The notes beneath the pieces were generated by a model. That model was not told where the DNA came from and searched no databases. It saw only the letters and a list, made by a program, of their open reading frames with translations. From the NCBI GenBank assembly GCA_964016885.1, contig OZ024750.1:20770001-20834000 (forward strand): 64,000 nucleotides of DNA, read 5' to 3'. This document shows positions 1 to 16,240 of the stretch, piece by piece. Position numbers and translations under genes: made by a program. Origin of the DNA: Eledone cirrhosa. Lineage: Eukaryota. Each line of letters opens with the position of its first letter. Positions within the stretch are counted from its first letter, which is position 1.

Positions 1-605
1 CTTCATTGAAAAGAGAATCAATTTGTTTTCTTTGCAGCCTCAACGGCAGCAGTAGTTATAGTGGTATCAGAGAAAAAAACAATGTGAGCAGCACCAATAG
101 CAACCGTAGATGCAGTAGTATTAGGAACTGAACAAGTAGCTGAGAACGTTCCAAAGATTAAACTTTTCTCAGATCTTTCAATATGGTAAACGCATAATTG
201 TAGAACTAAAAAGAAAAACGGAGATGTAGAAACAAAACAAATCGAAGAAAATTATACGTGAAGAAAAATGCGTATGTATTTACACACACGCATATACATA
301 CATATGTGTGTGTGTGTGTGTGTTTGTGTATGCCTGTAAGTTTGGATGCGCACATCTCTCTCTCTCTCTCTTTCCCTCTCTCCCTCTCTCTCCCTCTCTC
401 TCTCTCTGTATATGTATGAATGTGTATTAATGCGTATGTATATATATATATATGAACGTATATACATACGTTCGTATGCTTATATATAGGGATATATGTG
501 AATATGATTGTATATAATTGTGTGTCTGCGTGTGAGTGTATAGATGTGAATACATGCATATGCATATGTGTTTGCATATATATACACACATATATATATA
601 TATAT

Positions 606-711
606 AACGAAGGAAATGTGGTAAGGAACCAGGTGGCCCATAACGCACCAAAGTACACAAATCTTAGGGTAGTAGAGTGGGTAATAGGAACGAGTAGCAC
701 CCCTACTCGTT

Positions 712-716
<5 letters not shown>
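606..716 (-). mobile_element. Family A Penelope-like 3'-end fragment in (TA)n, with 14-bp terminal hairpin
   Basis: Same sequence as copies at 23732, 35616 and 51586. About 78-bp tail, then ataggaacgagtag-caccc-ctactcgttcctat; (TA)n on both sides. Confidence 0.75.
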
Positions 717-756
<40 letters not shown>

Positions 757-919
757 ATATTCAGACAGAGGCAGAATGGGAAATATCGAGAGAGCGAGAA
801 GTCAAATAATGTCGATTAGCGACTATATGTAGATAGTAACATTCAAACTCTAGTAGTATGATGCTGCTGATGTTTCTGCTACTGCTGTTGCTGCTGCTGC
901 TACTACCACTAATGATAAT

Positions 920-1490
920 AATTGTTTCCACTTTTGGCACAAGGCCAGCAATTATCCCAGTGTATTACTGGTACTTTATTTTAACGACCCCCATAAGGAT
1001 GAAAGGCAATGTTATCCTTGGCGGGATTTGAACTCAGACCATAAAGGGCCGTAACTCTTTGCTACTAATGATAACAATAATGGTTTCTTATATAGGCACA
1101 AGGCCAGCAATTTTGGGAGAGGCGAAAGTCGATTAAATCGACCCCAGTGCCTTAATGCTGCTTTATTTTATCGACCCCATAAGGATGAAAGGTAAAGTTA
1201 ACCACTGCAGGATTTGAACTCGGATCATAAAGTGCCGTAACTCTATGCTGCAAAGCATGGTGTCCGACGCTTGATTTCTTATATAGGCACGTGGCCAGCA
1301 ATTTTGGGGAAAGGGAAAGACGATTATATCGTTCCAGTGAATTACTGGTACTTTATTTTATTGACCCCGTAAGCATGAAAGGCAAAGTTAACCTCGGTGG
1401 TATTCGAAATCCAAACGTAAAGTGCCATAAATCTCTGTCACGAAGCATGTTATCCGACGCTCTACCGATACTGCCAATTCATCGCCCTAC
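920..1490 (-). mobile_element. Three tandem tRNA-derived SINE copies (Deu/Nin-type central domain)
   Basis: Reverse complement of B-box gagttcaaatccc plus gcctttcatccttacggggtcgataaaataaagtaccag, seen three times. Confidence 0.85.
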
Positions 1491-1509
1491 TATTACTACT
1501 AATTATTAT

Positions 1510-1700
1510 TAGGTGGATTGGCAGCATCGGTAGAAAGTCGGACACCATGCTTTGTATCATGGGTTCCGGTCCTTTATGATCTGAGTTCAAATCCCACCAA
1601 GGTTAACCTTGCCTTTCATCCTTACGGGGTCGATAAAATAAAGTATCAGTAATACACTGAAATAATTGCTGGGTTTGGGCCAAAAGTAGAAACAATTATT
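1510..1700 (+). mobile_element. Near full-length tRNA-derived SINE
   Basis: A-box-like tggcagcatcggtag, B-box gagttcaaatccc, Deu/Nin-like core, and tail aaagtagaaacaattatt. Confidence 0.9.
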
Positions 1701-1904
1701 TCTTTACTGGCTACTAAAAACAAGAATAGTGACTATTAACATTATACGTGTTAAAAAAGATAACTGATACAACAAAGAATTAACAATAACATTTCCCAAT
1801 GGAAGATATATTCAGGAGTAGCTTAGGAAACATACATATCTTGAACCAATTTAATCTCCAACAGCATCATCGGATGAAACTCCTCACCACTTTAAACTCT
1901 CCAG

Positions 1905-2800
1905 CCAACAAGTGGTTGGTGTAGACCCATTTACTATGACCTTCCTCTCTATATTCACCCATCTTTTAACAGATGTACTGGAGGCAGCACTTTTCATCCA
2001 CACTCAACATCCTAAGTGGAACTTGAGAAAGTTGATGAGGGCTTTGCAAGAGTGGAGAGCGTTTGTCTTCAATCTTTTCAGTTGTGTCCACCACACAACC
2101 ACTTTCGTCACAGCCACGAGTCAGAGGTGTAAAAAAGGACCTGACCTACAACCAACAGTAGCTGTTCGAAAAAAAAAACTCCACAAGCCAGCAATAGCCA
2201 GTCACTCGACGGCTGCGTGTAAATCATTCTCGTCACAATGCACGCATCTCAGAGATCTCCGCATGACAGCACTTTCTCTCCAACCGGCACTGTTCCACGG
2301 TAGCACTGCCAAGCCAGAATTTCTAGAACTTGTCTTTAGTCCCTCGCTCAAACGTCCTACGGATCAGACTGGCTAGATTGTCGTCGCTAGAGTGGAATTT
2401 CCACTTACCGCATTCCCCGATTGGTAGAGGAATGTGAGTACTTGACAACATTCCAGATGCAAGGTATTCAATCTCGATCTTCACTTGATTGCAGCTCTCT
2501 TAAAAAGACAAGAGGCGGCAAAACCTGCATGGCGACGGGTGACCGCCCATATTCACTGTTTATGAATATCTGGAGATAACGTAACTTCAGTGCATGTTTT
2601 CACATCCTAAGATATGACACGCGCAGCACTCTCCGTAAAGGGTGTTGGTAGCAGATGGACCGCTTCAGCCGTGAATCCTATTCATTCTACAAGAAAGGAA
2701 AGAACAAGCGCTTCAATCTAGTGAGGCACAGATCGGGGGAAGTCACGAAGGTTAGTCAGTAATAGAGGAAGCGACCTCCAAACACACCGACCTACTTGGA
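1905..2800 (-). pseudogene. Decayed L1/Tx1-clade LINE ORF2 C-terminal region
   Basis: Manual minus-strand translation across stops and frameshifts: LTFVTSPDLCLTRLKRLFFPFL..KRSICYQHP..KHALKLRYL; LIRRTF..LAWQCYRGTVPV..CVHCDENDLHA (Zn-finger-like); LVAVTKVVVWWT..ALINFLKFHL..KRWVN. Clade assigned from recall. Confidence 0.75.
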
Positions 2801-3313
2801 TTGATTTCTCCCCGTTTCAAAATGTTATGTTCCTCTAAGTAGTTGCCTACCACCTCGATTTCCGACGTGATCGACACCATAACGGTCGTCCGCATATGCT
2901 GACAGCTCTTCCATGATTCTGGCTCAATAATCAGTACGTACAAAAACAAGAGGAGAGAGAGGGAGTTCTTGATGGACTGATCATGTTATTTGAATCAGTT
3001 CCAATAGGTGGTCATTTACATTGATCATCGTGCAGATGCCACTACATATTGCAGCGATCCAGCCTCTAAAGATAAGATCAGGATTATAGATTAGTCTACA
3101 GCCTGAGCGTAGGGGAACACACGTTATGAGTAACACAAGTTATTCAGACTGACAAGAATAAATGAGGGGCCGCTGTTCAATACGCGACCATTAATCACAT
3201 CTTCAAAAAGAAAAAAAAAATATTGAGTTCAAATTTAAGCGCATGATTCCAGTGAATGTCAACTGGCGGGTATAAGTTCTTTTTTCTTTCTTGCACACTT
3301 TTGACTCGCTATT

Positions 3314-4808
3314 GTCGTAACTATTTCACAACACCACCATTACCAGGAACAGGAATAACAACAGTAACAACAACAGTTGCAGTAATATAACAGTAACAAC
3401 AACAGTCGTAACTATTTCACAACACCACCATTACCAGGAACAGGAATAACAACATAACAACAACAGCTGCGGTAACATAACAGAAACAACAACAGTCGTA
3501 ACTATTTCACAACAACACCAGGAACAGGAATAACAACAGTAACAACAACAGTTGCGGTAATATAACAGTAACAACAGCAGTCGTAACTATTTCACAACAC
3601 CACCATTAACAGGAATAACAACAGTAACAACAACAGTTGCGGTAACATAACAGTAACAACAGCAGTCGTAACTATTTCACAACACCACCATTAACAGGAA
3701 TAACAACAGTAACAACAACAGTTGCGGTAACATAACAGTAACAACAGCAGTCGTAACTATTTCACAACACCACCATTAACAGGAATAACAACAGTAACAA
3801 CAACAGTTGCGGTAACATAACAGTAACAACAGCAGTCGTAACTATTTCACAACACCACCATTAACAGGAATAACAACAGTAACAACAACAGTTGCGGTAA
3901 CATAACAGTAACAACAGCAGTCGTAACTATTTCACAACACCACCATTAACAGGAATAACAACATAACAACAGCAGTTGCGGTAACATAACAGTAACAACA
4001 GCAGTCGTAACTATTTCACAACACCACCATTAACAGGAATAACAACAGTAACAACAACAGTTGCGGTAACATAACAGTAACAACAACAGTCGTAACTATT
4101 TCACAACACCACCATTACCAGGAACAGGAATAACAACAGTAACAACAACAGTTGCGGTAACATAACAGTAACAACAGCAGTCGTAACTATTTCACAACAC
4201 CACCATTAACAGGAATAACAACATAACAACAACAGTTGCGGTAACATAACAGTAACAACAGCAGTCGTAACTATTTCACAACACCACCATTAACAGGAAT
4301 AACAACAGTTACAACAACAGTTGCGGTAACATAACAGTAACAACAACAGTCGTAACTATTTCACAACACCACCATTACCAGGAACAGGAATAACAACAGT
4401 AACAACAACAGTTGCGGTAATATAACAGTAACAACAACAGTCAGAACTTATTCACAACAACACGATTAACAGGAACAGGAATAACAACAGTAACAACAAC
4501 AGTTGCGGTAATATAACAGTAACAACAACAGTCGTAACTATTTCACAACACCACCATTACCAGGAACAGGAATAACAACAGTAACAACAACAGTTGTGGT
4601 AATATAGCAGTTACAACAACAGTCAGAACTATTTCACAACACCATCAATACCAACAACACGAATAACAACAATAAAAACAACAGTAGCAGTAACATAACA
4701 GTAACAACAACAGTCAGAACTTATTCACAACACGATTAACAGGGACGCGAATAACAACAATAACAACAGTAGCAGTCACATAACAGTAACAACAACAGTC
4801 AGAACTAT
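3314..4808. repeat. 85-bp minisatellite, about 17 copies, with 91-bp variants
   Basis: Unit gtcgtaactatttcacaacaccaccattaacaggaataacaacagtaacaacaacagttgcggtaacataacagtaacaacagca starts at 3580, 3665, 3750. Confidence 0.95.
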
Positions 4809-5628
4809 ACCATTGTATGTGAAACGACATGCGACAATATTTACTAGAACAAGAAAGAAAATATCAATAAATAACATAAAAGAATGATAGATTGTGAGAA
4901 AGTGTGGTGGGTGGGGATAGTAGGTGGTGATGGGAAGAGGCGGGACGACATGTGTGAATGAATTAAAAGAGAGGAAAGTGTGATAGAGAGGAAATAATGT
5001 CTGTGAATGAAGGGGAGAGAGGGGGAAATAAATAAAAGAGAAAGTGTGACAGCAAGAGGGAGAGAGAGATTATATGTGAATCAATGAGGCTAAGAGAAAA
5101 GGAATGATAGATTGTGAGGTGGTGATAACAGTACGTGATGATGAAAGTGAGGAGAGTATGGGAGAGTTTCTGTGTCTCAAGGAGAGAGGAAACGAGAGAG
5201 AAAAGCTGGCAAAGAATGTCTGTGGATCAAGAAGAAAGACAGAATAAAAGATTTATCTTGAATAAAAAGGGGTGAAAATTAAGAATAAAGGAGAGATAGA
5301 TAGAAACATTGAGAAAGTTTGGGAGAGAGGGAAAAAAAGAAAGAGGCTTTTAGAAGCAGGGGTAAAAACTACAACAGCAGCAGAAGAATGGTACACATAA
5401 TGCTAGCACTGTGCGTTATACAGTGTATTTAATCTAACCGTGTGTATATACACATGCACGCACGCATACACATACACATACACATACACGCACACACATA
5501 TATATATATATATATAGTTAAACACACATGCATGTCGCTTTTTGAAGCAAGTGTATACGCGTTCGCACGTGTGAATATATGATTTCATGTAGTGCATGTA
5601 TTGGCATGTGTACAAAAAAGAGTAATAC

Positions 5629-5672
<44 letters not shown>

Positions 5673-5807
5673 TAAAAGTGGAAGCTTTATATATATATGT
5701 ATATATATTTTATATATATTTTATATATATATTATATATATTTTATATATATTTTATATATATATTATATATATTTTATATATATTATATATATTTTATA
5801 TATATAA

Positions 5808-5844
<37 letters not shown>

Positions 5845-6235
5845 GGCATTTACTCTGTCCTTTCTCTCTCTTTCACTTTCTTTCACTCTCGCTCTCTCTC
5901 TTCTTTCACTCTCGCTCTCTCTCCCTCTCTCTCTCTGGCATGTACATACATACGCACTCACACATACGTGTGCTCTTCTTCACACGCACAAACATGCACA
6001 TTACAGAAACTCTAGCAAGGAAAAATGATTAAGAAGAAGAAGAAAAACGAAAGTTAAAAGTAAGAACAATATTAGCAGCATTAATAGCAAGAATACGAAC
6101 AATAACAACATTTATATTCACAACAATAACAGCGACGATAACAACAACAATCCGCAAAGGAACAACAGGAACAACAATAACTGCAACAATAACAAGGCAT
6201 TGCAATTAAAAGGGAACGGCATTATCGTAGACATC

Positions 6236-7375
6236 AAATCCCGCCGAGGTTAAATTTGCCTTTCATCCTTACGGGGTCGATAATATAAAGTACCAGTAAT
6301 ACACTGAGAAATTGCTGGCCTTGTGCCAAACGTGGAAACAATTATCATAGGCATCAACACTATTAACGGTAGATCGTCAGATACAATGCTTTGCAGCATA
6401 GAGTTATGGACCTTTACGTTCAAATCCTGCAGAGGTTAACTTTGCTTTTCATCCTTACGGGGTCGATAAAATAAAGTACCAATAATGCACTGAAGTAATT
6501 GCTAGCCTTATGTTAAAAGTAGAAAGATTTATTAACGGTAGAGCATCAGACACAATGCTTTGCAGCATAGAGTTATGGACCTTTACGTTCTGAGTTCAAA
6601 TCCCGCCGAGGTTAACTTTGCCTTCCATCCTTACGGGGTCGATAACATAAAGTACCAGTAATGCAATAGAGTATTTGCTGGCCTTTGCCAAAAGTAGAAA
6701 AATCTATTAACGGTAGAGCATCAGACACAATGCTTTGCAGCATAGAGTTATGGACCTTTACGTTCTGAGTTCAAATCCCGCCGAGGTTAACTTTGCCTTC
6801 CATCCTTACGGGGTCGATAACATAAAGTACCAGTAATGCAATGGAGTATTTGCTGGCCTTTGCCAAAAGTAGAAAAATCTATTAACGGTAGAGCATCAAA
6901 CACAATGCTTTGCAGCATAGAGTTATGGACCTTTACGTTCTGAGTTCAAATCCCGCCGAGGTTAACTTTGCCTTCCATCCTTACGGGGTCGATAACATAA
7001 AGTACCAGTAATGCAATGGAGTATTTGCTGGCCTTTGCCAAAAGTAGAAAAATCTATTAACGGTAGAGCATCAGACACAATGCTTTGCAGCATAGAGTTA
7101 TGGACTTTTACCTTCTGAGTTCAAATCCCGCCGAGGTTAGCCTTGCCTTTCATCCTTACGGGGTCGATAAAATAAAGCACCAGTAATGTACTGGGGTAAT
7201 GGCTGGCCTTACAGCGTCAGAGACAATGCTTTGCAGCATAGAGTTATGGACCTTTACGTTCTGAGTTCAAATTCCGCCGAGTTTCGCTTTGTCTTTCATC
7301 ACTACGGGGTCGATAAAATAAAGTACCAGTAATACAATGGAGGTGGCTGCCCTTGTGCCTAAAGTAAAAACAATC
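6236..7375 (+). repeat. Head-to-tail tandem array of SINE copies, about 7 units, core period 175 bp
   Basis: gagcatca recurs at 6541, 6716, 6891 and 7066; each unit has a B box and the Deu/Nin-like core. Confidence 0.92.
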
Positions 7376-7514
7376 AGTAAGAAATGTAGGAGTGTCAACA
7401 TGAGTAAAATAAAAATACTACAATAACAACATTAACAACAACAGTAGCACAAACAACAACCAATGGTGACATATTTTCCCCTCACTACCAATAACAAAGC
7501 CTACAGCACGAAAC

Positions 7515-7912
7515 AACACAGCGGTTGTCTAGAACAGGTCGTCTGACCTGCCAGAAACAACAGTTCAGTCACCCGTAAATCACGCACATACACACATACA
7601 AACACACATACACAAACATACACACACGAACACATGCACACACACAACCACAACCGCACACACACGCACAAACACACACCACTCACACATAATACAGTGG
7701 GTGCCTAGAACAGTTTGTCTGACCTGCTAGAAACATCAGTTCAATCACCCGTAAATCACGCACATACACACACACACATAAAACACGCACACACACACAC
7801 CCACACAACACACACACAACACATTGGCTGCCTAGAACAGGTTGTCTGACTGCTAGAAACATCAGTTCAATTATCCGTTAATCACGCACACACACACACG
7901 CACACACACACA

Positions 7913-7946
<34 letters not shown>

Positions 7947-8052
7947 CACAGTGGCTGCCTAGAACAGGTTGTCTGACTTGCTAGAAACAACAGTTCAATC
8001 ATCACGCACATACACACATACACACCAATCCACACGCATACACACACACACA
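7515..8052. repeat. Four copies of a ~60-bp unit separated by variable (CA)-rich spacers
   Basis: ggctgcctagaacaggttgtctgacctgctagaaacaacagttcaatcacccgtaaatcacgcac recurs four times with small changes. Confidence 0.85.
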
Positions 8053-8129
8053 GTTCCTGTAACAACTACACCTAAATCATTAACAGTTATTCCCAATAAC
8101 AACATGGGTCAAAGCAGGGGAAGCCCCAT

Positions 8130-8340
8130 ATGTGGTATCTCGATGTGCCAGAAATAGCAACTAAATGTTTCGTAAAACCACGTATGTGTCTTCACTTCAT
8201 TGTTTAACAATAAAATACAAAAAGGATCATTAATCTATAGTCATTGTAAGGTTAAAAAATCTGGTTGGTCACGGCTGGAATGCCTTTTATCATGGGTCTA
8301 TTGCGATCAGGGTGGACGTGGTTATAAACAACAGCAATAA
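8130..8340 (+). mobile_element. Dispersed retroposon 3'-tail fragment; related copies at ~9050-9250 (+) and ~26050-26365 (-)
   Basis: Shared motifs agaaatagcagc, cacggctggaatg, gatcagggctgacc and aaacaac tail. Confidence 0.55.
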
Positions 8341-8354
8341 TTTTTAAAATAGTG

Positions 8355-8412
8355 ACTATTACTACTATCACTGCTACTACTATTACTACTACTACTACTA
8401 CTACCATCACTG

Positions 8413-8443
<31 letters not shown>

Positions 8444-8451
8444 CATCACTG

Positions 8452-8504
<53 letters not shown>

Positions 8505-8816
8505 GTCATTACTACTACTACTATCATTGCTACTACTATTACTACTACTACTACTACTATCATCATCACTACTACTACTACTACTAGTAATACTACTATC
8601 ATTACTACTACTGCTGCTACTACTACTATCATTACTACTACTGCTACTACTACAATTGTTACCACTGCTACTACTAATATTACTATTACTATTACTACTA
8701 TCGTTACTACTACTACTAATACCATTATTGATACTACAGCAACGACTATTAAATACTACTACTAGAATCACTACTGTTACTGCTATCATTATCACTACTA
8801 CTATCACTACTACTAT

Positions 8817-8881
<65 letters not shown>

Positions 8882-8929
8882 TTGCAACAATAAGGACTGT
8901 CAAACAATAACTACTACTAAAATAAAAAT

Positions 8930-8979
<50 letters not shown>

Positions 8980-9306
8980 TAACAAATATAACAGCAGCTG
9001 GATCATTAAACGTTGTTACAACTTAACAACTACAAAACGACGAGACAACGAAGGGGGCATCTCTACTCTTTGGCTAGAAATAGCAGCGAATTCCCTCAAA
9101 TTATTCGACTCTTCCCGCCGTAAGTTAGAAAACAAATAAGCAAAATGTAATCCGGCATAATTCTACATTAATGTGATGGCTGTGACTTGAATACTACTGA
9201 TCAAAGGTCTGGTTGATTGGGGCTGACCTAGGGTTAAAACACAGCAATCAACGCAATACTACTACTACTACTAGTGCTGCTATTGCTGCTACTACTACTA
9301 CTGTTG

Positions 9307-9340
<34 letters not shown>

Positions 9341-9374
9341 AGTGCTGCTATTACTGCTACTATTGCTACTCCTG

Positions 9375-9422
<48 letters not shown>

Positions 9423-9655
9423 TTACTGCTACTACTACTACTACTACTACTACTACTATTACTGCTACTACTACTGTTACTACTACTACTACTACCACTA
9501 CTACTACTACTACTGTTATTACTACTACTACTGTTACTACTACTTCTGTTACTACCACTACTATAACTACTACTGCTATAACTACTACTAACATTACTAC
9601 TAAAACTACTACTACTACTACTACCACTACTATTACTATTACTACTACTACTAAG
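8355..9655. repeat. (TAC)n microsatellite blocks at 8355-8980 and 9255-9655; another at 11930-12065
   Basis: Direct inspection; source of the poly-T/L/Y/V/S ORFs. Confidence 0.95.
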
Positions 9656-9659
9656 TAAA

Positions 9660-11500
9660 TATCAACACAAATATTACCAGTACAACTACCAACGTCAACA
9701 AAACCTCAACGACATCATCAATAACATCAACAACATCGACATATCAATATCAACAACAATAGCAACAACAACAACAAACGTCAAGAAGACAAACATCATC
9801 AAAAGCATTATCAGCACCACGGATAAGTCCACCAAAAACTGTACCACCCTGCAAAACAATAAATCAACGTTTACAACACAGCCACCACTATCATCATCAC
9901 CACCACCAACAGCAATAATAATACTATTAAAAACAACAGTAATACTAACAGTTAAAACTAAACCACCATCACCAACCACAACAACAATAACCTCAAAAAC
10001 AGCAACAGTAATACTAACAGATAAAATAAAACCACCACCGACAGCAACAACAACCACAACAACAACACCAACCATAAAACAACAACAATAGCAACATAAA
10101 AAATAGTAATATTAGCAGTTAGAAGTAAACCACTAACGCCAACCACAAAACAACAGTAATACTAAAACATAAAATACAGCCACCACCACTATCAACAACA
10201 ACAACACCGACCCTAAAACAACAACAACAGTAATACTAACTCGTAGAATATACCCTCCACCACCACCGCCATCAACAACAACACCGGCTATAGAACGACA
10301 GCAACAACAACATCAACAACAACAGTAATACTAATACATAAAATAAAACCACCACCACCACCAATAACTGCAACACCGATCATAAAACAACAACAACAAC
10401 ATTAACAACAATAGTTATATTACCACATAGAACAAAACCTGCTCCACAACCAACCACAACATCAACAACACATATTACCATATAGAACAAAACCTGCCCC
10501 ACCACCAACCACAACAACATAAACAACAACGACCATAAAACACTAATATTACCACATAGAACCAAACCTGCTCCACCATCAACCACAACGACCATAAAAT
10601 ACTAATATTACCACATAGAACCAAACTCCCAACCATCAACAACAACGACCATAAAACAACAACAACAGTAATACTAACAGATAGAACAAAACCTCCACCA
10701 CCATCAACAACACCAACACAACACCGACCATAAAACAACATCACAACAGTAATAATAATAACATAGAACAAAACATCCATCAACAACAACAGCAACAGCA
10801 AATAACACATACTAACACATAAAACAAAACCACCACCACAACCACTGCCAACAACAACAACAACGACCATATAACTGCAGCAACAGTAACAACATCAACA
10901 ACAACAGTAGTATTACCACATAGAACAAAAACCTCCACCCCGACCAACAACAAAACAAACACCGACAACAAAACAACAGCAGTAACAACAACAACAACAT
11001 CACAACACAAAAATCTAACACAGAACAAAACCTTCATCAACAATAAAAACAACAGCAACAACAACAACAACATCAGCATCAACAACAAACATCAAAACAA
11101 GAGAAATACTAACAAATACAACAAAAAAACAACCACCACCACCAACAACAACTACTGCAACACCGACCATAAAACAACAGCAACAACAACCATCATAGAA
11201 CAACAACAGCAGCAACAACAACCAAAAACGCTGAGAGTAAAAACACCGGCATTAAAACCATGAACAAGAAGAAGAAAAGCGGTAGCAGCACCAACAGTAG
11301 CAGCAGAAAGATTAGCACCAACATCAAGAACACCATCACAGCCACGTTAATCAGCTAGTACGACCAACACCAACATTCCACAATCTCAACACTACCAACA
11401 TCCACCACCATCTACCCGACAACGTTTCGCCACCACCCTTTCCATCGTCATCCTAACAACCAACCACTGTCACACACCGTCGCCATTTCCACCACCGCAA
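9660..11500. repeat. Degenerate (AAC/CAC)-rich minisatellite
   Basis: Recurrent acagtaatactaac, ttaccacatagaacaaaacc and accgaccataaaacaac motifs. Confidence 0.8.
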
Positions 11501-11647
11501 CTGGAATAACCCTGGCAAAGAATTTCCTACCACTATATGCATTCCTACCTATATACATACATGTAACACATAATTTAGACACATACGTATCTACTCATAT
11601 ACACACATACATATATATATACCTACATACACAGCCACACACACACA

Positions 11648-11694
<47 letters not shown>

Positions 11695-11695
11695 C

Positions 11696-11761
<66 letters not shown>

Positions 11762-11992
11762 CACATACACGCCTATATATATCACGTCGTCTACATGCAC
11801 ACGCGTTCAAATATATACACATAAATACACAAATATCTATGTATGCGCGATTGTATACACATACTTATACACACACTTGTATTCATACATAGATATTACG
11901 ATACGATTGCAGCTGTTGCAGCGGTAGATACTGCTACCACTACTGCAACAACCACAACAATAACTACTACCACCACCACTACCACCACCACA

Positions 11993-12058
<66 letters not shown>

Positions 12059-12346
12059 GTTACTACTGCAGATCCACTTCTCGAGCGCTACTTTGGAGGG
12101 AAAACGAAACTCACACCGGGTTTGGCTGTGAGTACTAAGACTTAAACTTTGGAAGTACCGTTACAGGGGTTCACCGTCACGTTCAGGTAGGTGAGGTCCA
12201 GAATTCTATATACATGCAAATATCCCACCCCTCCTTATATATATATGTCCTTATGTAAACGCACTCACACTCAGTCATACACACGTGTATGTGATATCTA
12301 TCTATATATCTGTCTATCTATCTTTATCTCTCTCCCCCTCTATCTC

Positions 12347-15135
<2,789 letters not shown>

Positions 15136-15578
15136 ATGTAGAGGTTATATTTAATTTGTTGGGATACAACAAGCAAAATATTTTTATAACTGAATAAAGC
15201 ACTCAACAAATTATTGGAGTAAATATACGATATATTAACAAATGGAAACTATATTTATAAAACCATATTTATTTCATTATACATATTTCAAGGGCCACCA
15301 ATGCAAACTATGGTGCGCTTTCATCAGATAAAATATAATATAGGTTAGTTTTATAAATAAATATTGACATACCCTTAAAAAATCTCCTATCCAGGAGATT
15401 CCAACCAGAATGGTTTCATTTTTTAAGTGTTTGTCAATATTTATTTATAAAACTAACCTATATTATATTTTATCTGATGAAAGCGCACCATAGTTTGCAT
15501 TGGTAGCCCTTGAAATATGTATAATGAAATAAATATGGTTTTATAAATATAGTTACCATTTGTTAATATATTGTATAT
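15136..15578. mobile_element. Penelope-like tail + inverted-repeat element with a hammerhead in each arm
   Basis: About 87-bp tail, arms ~15223-15383 and ~15418-15578, ~35-bp loop, TA tracts on both sides. Confidence 0.85.
15467..15530 (+). ncRNA. Type I hammerhead ribozyme motif (mirror copy at ~15271-15334, minus strand)
   Basis: attttat CTGATGA aagcgcacca..tggtagccctt GAAA tatgta TA atgaaat: canonical core; stem I attttat/atgaaat; minimal stem III. Confidence 0.8.
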
Positions 15579-15705
15579 ATATATACATATATGTCTATAT
15601 ATATATATATTGGTTCGTTAGAATTATTGAGCGGTTGCCACACATCTCGGAAGTTGTTTTTCGCTAATTTCTAAAGCCGAAATACGATTCTCGCTAATTT
15701 ATATT

Positions 15706-15803
<98 letters not shown>

Positions 15804-15806
15804 TCC

Positions 15807-15838
<32 letters not shown>

Positions 15839-15984
15839 GTATATTGTAAGCTAACTAAATATGAAATATGAAATATCGAGAAAAAGTCTTTATGCAAAAG
15901 AGAAAAAAAAAATTAAGACAAAACTTGAAAATATACATATTCAAATATATTCCTATTATCTTTGTTTTTGGAAAGATTATTATT

Positions 15985-16097
15985 AAAATCCCGCCGAGGT
16001 TGACTTTGCCTTTCATCCTTACGGGGTCGATAAAATAAAGTACCAGTAATGCACTGGGTAATTGCTGGCCTTGTGCCTAAAGTAGAAACAATTATTA
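15985..16097 (+). mobile_element. 5'-truncated SINE; similar copies at 24815-24920, 26177-26296, 29637-29742 and 36075-36188
   Basis: Deu/Nin-like core plus tail gctggccttgtgcc..agtagaaacaattatt. Confidence 0.88.
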
Positions 16098-16240
16098 ATT
16101 TTATAATTATTTTGTATATTTACTATTATAATTATTCTTATTATTATTGGTGTTGTTGTTTACGTATGTAACAAAGAGGTTTTAATTGCTGATAAAATAT
16201 TTTTTTGAGGGGTTGTTAATCGTTGTTGTTGTTGTTGTGA

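Noticed and set aside
1912-2376. 154-aa plus-strand ORF
   Set aside because: Antisense shadow of the decayed L1/Tx1 ORF2. The same applies to 40455-40829 over the RTE fragment.
3314-4808. Possible CRISPR-like array
   Set aside because: Contiguous tandem units with no unique spacers, eukaryotic context and no cas genes.
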